Origin: an uncultured Verrucomicrobiota bacterium
Lineage (GTDB): Bacteria; Verrucomicrobiota; Verrucomicrobiia; Opitutales; UBA9783
Length of the DNA stretch: 64,000 bases
Direction: 5' to 3'
NCBI GenBank assembly: GCA_946646575.1
Contig: CAMPCR010000001.1
Coordinates: 14,815 to 78,814 of the forward strand
Shown here: positions 24,809 to 34,241 of the stretch, one piece after another
Position numbering within the stretch: the first letter of the stretch is position 1
How the letters are laid out: each line of letters begins with the position of its first letter
Position numbers and translations under genes: made by a program
Notes under the pieces: model-generated
Databases searched by the model: none
What the model was told of the DNA's origin: nothing
The model's input: the letters and a program-made list of their open reading frames with translations, nothing else

Positions 24809-25693
24809 TTGCTTTTTTTCGAGGCGCAACCGACAGCGGGTTCCCTCTGTGAAACCGTGCTGTCAAAATTTCGCAAAGCCGATTTGCGCGGTGTTCCGTC
24901 GGGGAAAGCATTGAAACACCTTCAAACAATCTCCGATCGCTACGAAGTAAAACTCCGCGAGCACCTTCAACGGCTGAAAATTTGTTTAATGCGGGATCTG
25001 TTGGCGTTTCTTGAACATGATGCGCTGTCGATCGACGCAATCAAAGAAAAAATTCTCGCAAACGGATACGACAAGAATGTTTTTGATTACAAAGCGCGTC
25101 GCGATGTTTATTTTTGCATACATAATCTTACCCATTGGTCGTTCGACGAAATTATGCGCGCACGGAACGGCGATAAAGAAGCGGATCCGCAAAGTGTGTC
25201 ATATATTTCCGACGAAACGTTAAAAATTTTCACGGAAGCCGGCGATCTTTTTCCGACAATTCGCACGCGATTGCAATGCCGGCGATAGCGAGGCGGCAAC
25301 CATCCTGCGCGGCGGCATTCACGACTGGTACGCCAACGAAAAATCGTCGCTGTTCGGTTTTCCCTTTGAACACGCAGGTCTCTGGCCGCCAATGCGTCAG
25401 GCGGCTGGTGGTCCATGGTGTTATACAGCATCGCCGTTCCGCTTTCGATGCAGTTCAGTTTGGAGCAAATGCAAGAATTTATCCGTTTTCGAACAGCGGA
25501 ATTTAACGTCTGTATCGACAAAAATCTCGCGAGAAAAGATACGAAAGATTTGAAAGAAAACATCAAAAAACAATTCCGCGACAATTGCTTTGAATATATT
25601 TTTCGAGGGATTCACACTGCACATCCGTTTCCCGAAAAGAACGATTGGATCGATGCAATTTTACGGTACGCCGAAACCACCCGCCGTCCATAG
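24809..25693 (+). pseudogene. hypothetical protein apparently split over three reading frames
   Basis: Three protein-like segments follow each other on the plus strand:
- 24809-25288 in frame 2
- about 25224-25410 in frame 0 (RQFARDCNAGDSEAATILRGGIHDWYANEKSSLFGFPFEHAGLWPP)
- 25370/25415-25693 back in frame 2
The first junction is at a T5 run (25247-25251). No family was recognised. Confidence 0.3.
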
Positions 25694-25771
25694 GATACCG
25701 GAACATCGGCGGCGGCGTGTTGTTTTGAAATCTTTCGAACATTTGGCACAAAATCTGCTTCACATACAGGC

Positions 25772-26107
25772 ATGGATACCGCTTCCGTTATCATTACCGG
25801 CGTTCATTTAGAACTGACCGAAGCCATTAAGTCGATTGTGCACGAAAAAATGAGCAAGCTTTTTCGTCACGAACCCGATATTATCCGCGTTCGCGTGGAA
25901 CTCACGAAAGACGTCGACAAAAAAGATCAAAATGCCTTTGAAGCCAAGGGCACCATTGAGCTCCGCGGACCGAACTTCATCGTTTCGACGTTTTCGGACA
26001 ATTTGTACAACGCCATCGACGATTTGGAGGACAAACTTCTGCGAAAACTGCGGAACCGCGCACGTTTGATGAAGACCAAACGCAAAGAAGCGTGTATCAG
26101 TGGGTAA
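25772..26107 (+). CDS. hpf: ribosome hibernation promoting factor / RaiA family (short form)
   Basis: 111 aa. ITGVHLELTEAIKSIVHEKMSKLFRHEPDIIRVRVEL...NLYNAIDDLEDKLLRKLRN matches the sigma-54-modulation/HPF fold pattern. Confidence 0.85.
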   Translation: MDTASVIITGVHLELTEAIKSIVHEKMSKLFRHEPDIIRVRVELTKDVDKKDQNAFEAKGTIELRGPNFIVSTFSDNLYNAIDDLEDKLLRKLRNRARLMKTKRKEACISG

Positions 26108-26136
26108 AAACAGAATTTGGGCAGGATAAATGAAAA

Positions 26137-26162
26137 GTGCGGGCACCTTTCGGCACCCGCGC
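26137..26162. terminator. hairpin between convergent hpf and OMP genes (putative bidirectional terminator)
   Basis: GTGCGGG (26137-26143) pairs with CCCGCGC (26156-26162). On the minus strand it is followed by ACTTTTCATTTAT. It is homologous to the cleaner terminator after the second OMP paralog (62061-62088). Confidence 0.4.
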
Positions 26163-26192
26163 CTTGTATTGTAAGCCCGTAACGGGATGAAG

Positions 26193-26975
26193 TTAAAATT
26201 GATACATTATCCCAATCTCGGCGGCATGAACGATATTCTGTTTAATAGTGCTCTTTATCTCCGCACTCTGCGCATAACTTGGATCTTTCGTCCAGGACAA
26301 ATCAAATTTTCCCGGGACGTACCTCAAACGGTAACCAGCACTCAAAGACCAGTTGTCATTCGAATACCAGCCAACACCCGCAAACGCCTGACCCAAAAAC
26401 CGCCACTCGGATTTTTTGTTAAAATAAAGCTCCGGAGCACCACGACCGCCGCTCATGTCACGACCTTTCAAATATCCCGGATGTTTTATGATTGACCGCG
26501 CAACGCCCGCACCAATACCTCCGTACAGGAATGCACGCTCACCCGCATCGCGCCGGAACGTCACATTACAAGCGCAAAAATAATTTTCGCTCTTGCCCTT
26601 GTAGCACAATTTTTCAGGTACCCAACCGGCGTTATCGATAGTGATATGCCCCATATGTCCTACCGGCAATGAAACATCATGTTCCGTTTCTGTCTTTCCC
26701 GTAAAATATCCCAACTCTAACCCGACAGAAACCCGTTCCTCGCAAAGCGATACGCCAACTTCGCCTGAACCCGACCATGCGCTCCCGAAATTTTTACTGC
26801 TGCCGACATTTTTTTCATCATCCACGGCAGGCACCATGGTGGTATCATGCCCGACCCAATGATAATTGTATTTCGTTTTTCCGCCAAACAGCCACCCGCC
26901 GCGCAACGTCACATACGGATCCCAATCACGACCGTAGTCGCTCTCCGCTAAGTCCGTCGCTCTCAAACACCACAC
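26193..26975 (-). CDS. outer-membrane beta-barrel protein (OMP_b-brl-like), paralog 1; signal peptide out of frame
   Basis: The 260-aa barrel frame starts at a GTG and has no signal peptide. It shows alternating-hydrophobic strands and ends EIGIMYQF (terminal Phe). An ATG at 27024 encodes MKNKFFFTAGIVGMLSGVV in a different frame (see findings). Paralog of 62111-62881. Confidence 0.75.
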   Translation of the reverse strand: MWCLRATDLAESDYGRDWDPYVTLRGGWLFGGKTKYNYHWVGHDTTMVPAVDDEKNVGSSKNFGSAWSGSGEVGVSLCEERVSVGLELGYFTGKTETEHDVSLPVGHMGHITIDNAGWVPEKLCYKGKSENYFCACNVTFRRDAGERAFLYGGIGAGVARSIIKHPGYLKGRDMSGGRGAPELYFNKKSEWRFLGQAFAGVGWYSNDNWSLSAGYRLRYVPGKFDLSWTKDPSYAQSAEIKSTIKQNIVHAAEIGIMYQF

Positions 26976-27042
26976 CCGACAGCATCCCGACGATGCCTGC
27001 CGTAAAGAAGAACTTATTTTTCATAGCTTGATGGCTTCATGA

Positions 27043-27085
27043 TAGGTAGGTAGGTAGGGGGCAAGTGTTTTTTTTTGGGGGGGGG
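27043..27085. repeat. simple-sequence tracts (TAGG)4, T9, G9
   Basis: Read directly: TAGGTAGGTAGGTAGG at 27043-27058, T9 at 27068-27076 and G9 at 27077-27085. They lie 19-61 nt upstream of the OMP ATG (27024) on the other strand. Further tracts are A8 at 27098-27105 and A9 at 27169-27177. Confidence 0.9.
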
Positions 27086-27288
27086 ATTGAGGAAATTAAA
27101 AAAAACTTAAAAAGACGGAAAAACTTCTTTTGACCGCCTCCGAGAGAATGGCAAAGGTGCCTTTTATGAAAAAAAAATGGAAAAATGGCAGGAAATACTT
27201 ACTTATTTAATCACTCCAATCCTTCAGGTGCTTACTTAATCAGTTTTTACAAGAGTCGTCCTCCTTTCTCTCAACCGTTAATTTTCAT

Positions 27289-28467
27289 TCATTTCATGCA
27301 TCCGCCTTGCAACCGCCTCCCAATACGGTCAAAAAAAACCGCGAACGCACCGTTACCGGCGACGTTGCAGGCGGTGATGATTGGGTCAAATAAAATGTAA
27401 ATCGCGGTTATCAATGCCAGCATGTCGGGTGTTAAACCCAAATAATTCTGCAAAATCGGCAACATCACCAACACGCCGCCGCCGGGAACCGCCGCAACGG
27501 CGAATTTTGCAAGCACAAAGTGGAACGCGAACAGCAAATAAACGCCAAAACTCGGGAACGGCAATCCAAACGACCGCAGAACACTCAGGGCAAACATCGG
27601 GATAAAAAAACAATCTCCGACCAGGTGCACATTGACCGTTGAAGGAATGATAATATCAGCATTGGCGGGATTGGAACAATTTTTTTCCGCCGCTTTCAGC
27701 GAGAGCGGCATGGCGGCGGCACTGGAAGCACTGCCGAAAGCCGTTGCAACGGCAGGAAAAACATTCCGTACGTACACCGACGCTTTTGACACGGAACCCT
27801 TCGCGAACAGAATGTATTGCAACAAAATCCAACTGCACGCCGACAAAACAAACGCGAGCAACACCGGCAGGTAAGAACCGCAGACGGACGACAAAACACC
27901 ATCGTGTTGCATCTTAAACATCATGCCGACGATAAACAGCGGCATCAGCGGCAATAAAATTTTAAAAAAAACGTTTGTCACAACCGCCGCCGCACGTTCG
28001 CATATCATCGCCGCGGGTTGGGAAACGGGTCGCAAAAACAATCCCAAAATCAGACCACACACCAACGCGACATCATTGGAAAACAAAGGCGTTAAGCTAA
28101 AATGAAACGAAGCTTCCAAAACGGAAGTTGAACCCGAGAGTACCTCCGAATATCGACTGCCCTGTCCCGACAGAACTTTGGAAACGCCGTAACTCAGCAT
28201 GGTATTTAAAAAGTTGGAGCAGCAGATGAGCGGAAAAATCGTCAGTACCACCCGAAACGCCCGATTGCCAAGGCGCGAAATTGAGCTGAACAGCAGCGAG
28301 AAAATCACAAACGGCAGGCAAAACACCAACCCTTCCTTAATGCATAAACTGACGGCATACAGGAAAGCTTTTACGGTCGTCGGGACAAAACGTCCGCACA
28401 ACAACGGCAACAGCAATGCGCCGAAAAAGATCAGAAACGAGGCTTGGTTTTTATATTTGCGAAACAT
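27289..28467 (-). CDS. dicarboxylate/amino acid:cation symporter family transporter (SDF/DAACS)
   Basis: 392 aa and polytopic. GSASSAAAMPLSLKAAEKN resembles the SSSAATLP motif and AAVPGGGVLVMLPIL resembles the IPxAG hairpin motif of sodium:dicarboxylate symporter family proteins. Confidence 0.8.
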   Translation of the reverse strand: MFRKYKNQASFLIFFGALLLPLLCGRFVPTTVKAFLYAVSLCIKEGLVFCLPFVIFSLLFSSISRLGNRAFRVVLTIFPLICCSNFLNTMLSYGVSKVLSGQGSRYSEVLSGSTSVLEASFHFSLTPLFSNDVALVCGLILGLFLRPVSQPAAMICERAAAVVTNVFFKILLPLMPLFIVGMMFKMQHDGVLSSVCGSYLPVLLAFVLSACSWILLQYILFAKGSVSKASVYVRNVFPAVATAFGSASSAAAMPLSLKAAEKNCSNPANADIIIPSTVNVHLVGDCFFIPMFALSVLRSFGLPFPSFGVYLLFAFHFVLAKFAVAAVPGGGVLVMLPILQNYLGLTPDMLALITAIYILFDPIITACNVAGNGAFAVFFDRIGRRLQGGCMK

Positions 28468-28817
28468 AAGGACAAAGGAAGAAATGGAGAAGCGAAAACG
28501 AATTACCGCTCCGCAGTCGACGTCGTAGTCGTAGTTGTTGTGTCAAAAGAGTACGTCGTCACATGATGCGACGCTAAATGCACAAAAGCACTCTCAAAAC
28601 GAGACACGCCCTATGCTAAAAAATTTTTTTTGTAAGTGTCAAGATATAATTCGAACAGCAACCGTACCACAGCAGATAAAATTTAAACCTTTGTGTTAAA
28701 AATCACACGGAACAGAAACACTCAGAGAATATCCTGCGAACCTCCAGCCCCGTTGGACACTTCCGCCTTCTCTTCCGCGATGACTTTGTATCTTCAACAA
28801 CCGCCTTCAAAAAAATC

Positions 28818-28905
28818 TGGCGGAGAGAGAGGGATTCGAACCCCCGGTGGGTTGCCCCACACCTGATTTCGAGTCAGGCACAATCGACCACTCTGTCATC
28901 TCTCC
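28818..28905 (-). tRNA. trnS: tRNA-Ser (anticodon CGA)
   Basis: Reverse complement GGAGAGATGACAGAGTGGTCGATTGTGCCTGACTCGAAATCAGGTGTGGGGCAACCCACCGGGGGTTCGAATCCCTCTCTCTCCGCCA. It has the long variable arm of a class II tRNA, the anticodon loop CTCGAAA and an encoded CCA. Confidence 0.9.
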
Positions 28906-28985
28906 GCACCAATAGCTCCATTGGGTGCAATTATCGGACATTCGGCAAGCTTAAACAACAGGATTTAATATGCAATACACAATTC

Positions 28986-29255
28986 TTAAGTCACCGCCTG
29001 CGCATCGTAAAACTTCAAAAAAACATCGACAAACACCCGATGACGGCGCGCTTTGTCCGGCACATCCGTATTCCATGCGGGGAACAGATTAAAACATGAA
29101 GTTTTCGGATTGTAATAGGCTCCGAAACAAGTTTTGCCTGCGCGGAAGCACTTCGATCGTACGCGCTTCGCCTGTCTCAAACATCCGTTGTTAATCCGAA
29201 CGTGCACCCGCAAAACACCGAAAGTTCTCCCCATCGGGGTTGAACATTCTTCCAA
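28986..29255 (-). CDS. hypothetical small basic Cys-containing protein (doubtful)
   Basis: 89-aa ORF with a TTG start and no recognisable motif. It occupies the position downstream of tpiA where secG often lies, but it is not hydrophobic. Confidence 0.2.
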   Translation of the reverse strand: MEECSTPMGRTFGVLRVHVRINNGCLRQAKRVRSKCFRAGKTCFGAYYNPKTSCFNLFPAWNTDVPDKARRHRVFVDVFLKFYDAQAVT

Positions 29256-29285
29256 AACGCTGTTTTCGGCGATGTATGGAAAATC

Positions 29286-30059
29286 TTAAATATCTTTCTC
29301 AATCCCGTCGGCAATATGCGCGATTTCAACAAACGAATCGGCTTTCAGCGAAGCACCGCCGATCAAACCGCCATCGATGTGCGGTTGCGACAACAGCTGT
29401 TTCGCGTTGTCGACCTTTAAAGAACCGCCGTACAACAAGCGAACCTTCTCGACAGAAGAAGCTTCAAAGCGTTTCGCCAGCCAATCGTGCATAAACGCAT
29501 GCATCTCTTCCGCAATCTCCGGCGTCGCCGTTTCGCCCGTTCCGATCGCCCAAATCGGTTCGTAGGCAATCGTCGCCTGAGAAAGCTGTTCGTTCGTAAC
29601 ATCCTTTAAACCTTCTTCCAACTCGTGCGCAATCACGTCAAAGGCGCGCTCTTCTTTGCGTTCGGCTAAGGTTTCGCCGACGCATAAGACTGGCTTCAAG
29701 CCCGTCGCCAACAACGCATGCAGTTTTTCGTTAATAAAACCGTCGCTTTCGTGCAACAGCGTGCGGCGTTCGCTGTGACCGACGAGCACGTACGAAACAA
29801 ACTCTTTTAACATTAACGGCGATACTTCGCCCGTGAATGCACCGCTGTCCTTCGGGTACACGTTTTGCGCTCCCAACGCAATTCCGACCGACGCATTGGC
29901 TTCAAACGCCGCCGCCAAACTCACCAATGACGGACAAATCAGTAACTCGCTGCGCACCATCGGCGTCAATAAAGGCTTCAGGATTTCGAAAAACGCACGC
30001 GTTTCCGCGGTCGTCTTGTTCATCTTCCAATTTCCGGCAATTAAAAATCGTTTTTCCAT
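29286..30059 (-). CDS. tpiA: triosephosphate isomerase
   Basis: 257 aa. IAGNWKMNKT, VLVGHSERR and AYEPIWAIGTG motifs. Confidence 0.95.
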   Translation of the reverse strand: MEKRFLIAGNWKMNKTTAETRAFFEILKPLLTPMVRSELLICPSLVSLAAAFEANASVGIALGAQNVYPKDSGAFTGEVSPLMLKEFVSYVLVGHSERRTLLHESDGFINEKLHALLATGLKPVLCVGETLAERKEERAFDVIAHELEEGLKDVTNEQLSQATIAYEPIWAIGTGETATPEIAEEMHAFMHDWLAKRFEASSVEKVRLLYGGSLKVDNAKQLLSQPHIDGGLIGGASLKADSFVEIAHIADGIEKDI

Positions 30060-30091
30060 GTGTACTTTTTATATCGGCCGGATTGGAAAAT

Positions 30092-31288
30092 TTATCGCTT
30101 CAATGCTTCCAACCCCGGGAGCGGTTTCCCTTCCAACAGCTTTAAACTTGCGCCGCCTCCCGTACTGAGAAATGTAATATCCTCCGCGCAACCGCTCTGT
30201 TTCACCGCCTTCACGCAGTCGCCGCCGCCGACAATGGTTGTGCCTTCGCACGCCGCCAACGCCTGCGCAATGCGAAAAGAACCTTCGGCGGAAGCTTGAA
30301 TTTCAAAAATTCCCATCGGTCCGTTCCAAAAAACCGTCTTTGCAGATCGAATACACGACGCGTAATCTTCGACGGTCTTCGACCCGATGTCCACACCCTG
30401 CCAACCGTCATCGATGTTGCCTTCAAAAATTTTCGTTGTTCCAAGGGTGCGCGCTTTCATATCAACGGCATCGGAAGCAACCACATCCGTCGGCAGATGC
30501 AAATCAACGCCGCGCACCTTCGCCTTTTCCAACAGCTCTTTCGCAAGTTCAACCTTGTCGGGTTCCGCCAAACTGTTGCCGATATTTTTCCCCTGCGCCA
30601 ACGCAAATGTAAAACTCATGCCGCCGCCGATGAGAATTTGATCGGCTTTCTCCAAAAGTGCCTCAATCACGCCGATTTTATCGCTCACTTTCGCGCCGCC
30701 CAACACCACGCAAAAGGGATGTTGCGGAACATCGATTTTTTCCTTCAGAAAATTTAACTCCTTTTCGACCAGAAATCCCGCCGCCTTTTGCGACACAAAG
30801 GGAACCATCCCCGCCGTCGACGCGTGCGCACGGTGCATTGTTCCGAACGCATCGTTGACATAAACATCCGCCAACGCCGCCAGTTGCTTGGAAAATGCTT
30901 CGTCATTCGCCTCTTCTTCGGGATGAAAACGCAGATTTTCCAACAAAACAACGGAATTTTCCGCCATATCCGTCACCGCCTGTTCCGCATCTTTGCCGAC
31001 GCAATCGTCCAGGAGCAAAACCGGCTGATTGAGGCGCGTCGCCAAAATACGCGCCACGGGCTGTAGCGAATACTGCATGTCGCGCTTCCCTTTCGGACGC
31101 CCCAAATGGCTCGCCAGAATGACCTTCGCACCCTGCTCCAACAGGTATTGTATCGTCGGCAACGCCGCCGCGATGCGCGTATCATCCGTCACGTTTCCGT
31201 TTTTATCCAACGGCACATTGAAATCCACACGCACAAAAACACGCTTTTTTTCGACCGCCAATTCCCGAACCGACTTGATACCGTCCAT
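30092..31288 (-). CDS. pgk: phosphoglycerate kinase
   Basis: The ORF starts at TTG 31327. The ATG at 31288 gives MDGIKSVRELAVEKKRVFVRVDFNVPLD. SHLGRPKG and the C-terminal STGGGASL motif are present. Confidence 0.95.
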   Translation of the reverse strand: MDGIKSVRELAVEKKRVFVRVDFNVPLDKNGNVTDDTRIAAALPTIQYLLEQGAKVILASHLGRPKGKRDMQYSLQPVARILATRLNQPVLLLDDCVGKDAEQAVTDMAENSVVLLENLRFHPEEEANDEAFSKQLAALADVYVNDAFGTMHRAHASTAGMVPFVSQKAAGFLVEKELNFLKEKIDVPQHPFCVVLGGAKVSDKIGVIEALLEKADQILIGGGMSFTFALAQGKNIGNSLAEPDKVELAKELLEKAKVRGVDLHLPTDVVASDAVDMKARTLGTTKIFEGNIDDGWQGVDIGSKTVEDYASCIRSAKTVFWNGPMGIFEIQASAEGSFRIAQALAACEGTTIVGGGDCVKAVKQSGCAEDITFLSTGGGASLKLLEGKPLPGLEALKR

Positions 31289-31445
31289 GATTTTATGATA
31301 GCAAGCTTCGTTATTTTTAAAAAGCAAATTTCGCCGTTGGATTGAGATTTCGGAAAGTTTTTCATACCATCTCTAAACATCAAAACGAATACAAAAACTT
31401 ATGTACATAAATAAACTATATTGTCTTACCGACCCCCGCCAAACC

Positions 31446-32480
31446 TTAAAAGAACCGCACCAGTGCTTCCATCCAAGCGCACGCCTGCTTCGGGTACGAT
31501 AAGGTTTTGTCAAAAATCGATACCAATTCCTCTTGGATATCCAACAACGTCGGCAACGAAAAAGAGGACTTCAGACGGCTCACATACCAGGGATTTTGCG
31601 AAAAAATACAAAACGTATTCTTGTCCTCCACCGCACCGAAATCATCTGCGTATGACGCATACGCTTTATCAAGCGTTATCTTCGAAACGGAAGGCAACTT
31701 TAACGTCGCCGATTGAATGAGAAGCCGATTGCGATTTTGGAACATTGTCCAAACACTGCGCATTTCTTTGTTGAGAATAAAATGTTGACGCAAACTGCGA
31801 ACGTAACGCGTCGCGTCTTTGGCATAAAACGCTTCAACGGGTTCGAAAAATTCGTTATTCATCAGCGTCGGCGTGTACATTTGCACATCTTCAAGCGTAA
31901 CAGAGCCGCTCCACTGCTTCACACACGCCAGTTTTTCAAACTCGTTGGCGATCGCGCGCGGTTGTCGGTTCATTTTTTGAAACAACAATTCGCAGGCGTC
32001 GGCTTCAATCGTCACGCCCTGCTCTTTGCACAATTTCTTTATCAGAAACCGCAGATAGGCTTCCGACTGTTTTTCCTCCATTTCTTCGCACGTCGCCAGC
32101 GATTGAACGGTTTTAAACAAACGCATGCGCTTATCGACCGGCGAAGCGGAAATCACTAAACACGTTCCCAAAGGTAATCGTTGCAGGACGGATAAAAATT
32201 TTTCGATACTCCCCTGCCCGCCTTCGGTCGTTGCCGGCGAACCGCTACCGAACAGATTGGTCGCACGCAACCAAACGCATTTGTTCGGCGTAAAAAAATC
32301 CGCCGTCTGCAATGCTTCAACAACCCGATCGACAACCTGCTTTAAATCGGCAATCGTGTTGACAGTTCCGTCGATCGTCTCCAACGAAAAGCCCTGCGTT
32401 TGTTCTTCAATACACTTCTTTGCCCTGAGTTCGACAAAAAACTCATCCGCTCCGAAAATAAACCAAATCCGCTCCTTCAT
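31446..32480 (-). CDS. holA: DNA polymerase III subunit delta (putative)
   Basis: 344 aa. The N-terminus IWFIFGADEFFV and the overall length and helical C-terminal half resemble HolA. The start overlaps the lpxK stop (ATGA). The assignment is by resemblance only. Confidence 0.6.
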   Translation of the reverse strand: MKERIWFIFGADEFFVELRAKKCIEEQTQGFSLETIDGTVNTIADLKQVVDRVVEALQTADFFTPNKCVWLRATNLFGSGSPATTEGGQGSIEKFLSVLQRLPLGTCLVISASPVDKRMRLFKTVQSLATCEEMEEKQSEAYLRFLIKKLCKEQGVTIEADACELLFQKMNRQPRAIANEFEKLACVKQWSGSVTLEDVQMYTPTLMNNEFFEPVEAFYAKDATRYVRSLRQHFILNKEMRSVWTMFQNRNRLLIQSATLKLPSVSKITLDKAYASYADDFGAVEDKNTFCIFSQNPWYVSRLKSSFSLPTLLDIQEELVSIFDKTLSYPKQACAWMEALVRFF

Positions 32481-33664
32481 TCCGACCGTATTGATAATTG
32501 TTGCAAAATCCTTTCGAACGGATCACCGTTCCCCATCCACTCGATTTCCATGCGCAAAAAGTAAAACGGCAACTCAAACGAAGTGGTCGAAATGCGAACC
32601 GCATCCTTTTCCGTCGTGATCACCGCATCGGCATCGGCACGCTTCGCTTCCGAAAAAAATTCGCTCAAATCTTCTTCCGAATAGCCGTGATGATCCAAGA
32701 AATGCTTCCCGTACGCTACGTTTGCACCGTTATCTTCCAACGACTGTTCGAACGACCGCGGCGATGCGATACCGCTTAACGCCGCCACCCGACGACCGTT
32801 TAACGAAGATAATTCCAACCGTTCGCTACCGTTGACGACCTGCAGATATTTCGGGACGTGTTTGCAAAAGAAAATCGGTACCTTTTCGTTAAAACATCGC
32901 ACCCGTTGCTCCAAATTTTTCAGATCCGCCGCCGAAACCCGATCGCTCTTGGTAAAAACGACAAACTGCGCACGCCTTAAGCGGTTCATGGGTTCACGTA
33001 AAATACCGCGCGGCAGGATATGCCCGTTCCCGAACGGATTGGTCGCGTCGATTAACACAATGTAGGACGCGCCTTTCAGACGAAAATACTGGAAACCGTC
33101 GTCCAACAACAGCAGGTCACATCCGAATTTCTCGATCGCGTACTGCCCCGCTTTCACGCGATCCTTATCGACCACCACACATACGCCGGGCAAATTTTTC
33201 GCCAACAGCAACGGTTCGTCGCCCGCCGTTTCATACGGCAACAAACAACGCACGCCGTCACTCACCACCTTCGGCGGACACGGATCGGTATGCACCAACC
33301 AATGCCAGCTCTTCTTCCACCAAGGCTCAGCTTTGCTTTTGTAGCCGCGGCTCAAAATCGCGACCTTGCGCCCACGATTTTGCAACAAGCGCGCCAACTT
33401 TTCCACCACCGGCGTCTTTCCCGTCCCTCCGACCGTCAAATTTCCGACCACAATCACACGACAACCGAGCGGATGATCTTTTAGTAAACGATTTTTGTAC
33501 AGTTTCTCCCGCAAAAAAACAATTCCGCCGAAAACAAGCGATAACGCGCGAAAAAAAAACGCCACGCACGCCGCTTTTTTATCCTTCGGCGGACGATACA
33601 ACAACTCCTTAATGTACTCCTCGACGGATTGCTTCCAACGTCGCAGCGCGAAGAAAGATTTCAC
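32477..33664 (-). CDS. lpxK: tetraacyldisaccharide 4'-kinase
   Basis: 395 aa with a GTG start. P-loop [25 protein letters not shown] followed by ILSRGYKSK, the LpxK signature. Confidence 0.88.
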   Translation of the reverse strand: MKSFFALRRWKQSVEEYIKELLYRPPKDKKAACVAFFFRALSLVFGGIVFLREKLYKNRLLKDHPLGCRVIVVGNLTVGGTGKTPVVEKLARLLQNRGRKVAILSRGYKSKAEPWWKKSWHWLVHTDPCPPKVVSDGVRCLLPYETAGDEPLLLAKNLPGVCVVVDKDRVKAGQYAIEKFGCDLLLLDDGFQYFRLKGASYIVLIDATNPFGNGHILPRGILREPMNRLRRAQFVVFTKSDRVSAADLKNLEQRVRCFNEKVPIFFCKHVPKYLQVVNGSERLELSSLNGRRVAALSGIASPRSFEQSLEDNGANVAYGKHFLDHHGYSEEDLSEFFSEAKRADADAVITTEKDAVRISTTSFELPFYFLRMEIEWMGNGDPFERILQQLSIRSE

Positions 33665-33673
33665 GGAGCACGG

Positions 33674-34210
33674 TTAATGCAGAAGTACAATATCGCAACG
33701 GCGATCCTTTACGGCATCCTCTTTATTGATACCGCGCGTCGCCTCACGATTACCCAAGGTGATCATGTCCAGGCGATCGGATGCAACTCCAAAAGACATC
33801 AAAACGTCCGCGACCTGTTGCGCCCGTCGCGTCCCGATGTTCTGATTGTACACATCCTCGCCGTACCAATCGGCATATCCCGCCAGCAACAAACGTTGTT
33901 GCGGATTCTTTTGAAGTAACGGAACAATTTTGTTTCTTAAAAACGCCCGATCGCGCTCCGAAACAACCGAACTGTCGAACTCGAAAAAAATCCGACCGAT
34001 CACATCTTTTTCGTCGTATAAACCATACCACGGCGGCGTCTCCTCCGTCACAATGACCTCCTGCGTATCCGCCGTCATCGAAGACTCCCTTTCATTTGGC
34101 TTCGAAAGCTCAACAACGGTATCCGACAAGCGCGGATTCGGTTCGGTTGAGGTTTTAAACCACGAACAGCCGCCCAAGAGCAATAAGAACGGAAAAAAGA
34201 AGCGTCTCAT
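33674..34210 (-). CDS. OmpA-family peptidoglycan-associated lipoprotein (Pal-like)
   Basis: The ATG at 34210 gives MRRFFFPFLLLLGGCSWF (lipobox LGGC). The C-terminal OmpA-like domain is IFFEFDSSVVS...LLLAGYADWYGEDVYNQNIGTRRAQQVADVL. The longer ORF start (34264) would overlap pyrG. Confidence 0.8.
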   Translation of the reverse strand: MRRFFFPFLLLLGGCSWFKTSTEPNPRLSDTVVELSKPNERESSMTADTQEVIVTEETPPWYGLYDEKDVIGRIFFEFDSSVVSERDRAFLRNKIVPLLQKNPQQRLLLAGYADWYGEDVYNQNIGTRRAQQVADVLMSFGVASDRLDMITLGNREATRGINKEDAVKDRRCDIVLLH

Positions 34211-34241
34211 CACCTTAATTTTAGCCCGAAACGTCCGCTTT

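Noticed and set aside
28468-28817. Possible promoter (TTGACA at about 28640 on the reverse strand) or regulatory RNA between tRNA-Ser and the transporter gene.
   Set aside because: The spacing to the best -10-like hexamer is about 19 nt, and I could not find a convincing structure. This was too weak to report as a feature.
28906-29285. Expected secG downstream of tpiA.
   Set aside because: No hydrophobic two-TM small ORF exists on the minus strand here. The only ORF (28986-29255) is basic and Cys-containing, not SecG-like.
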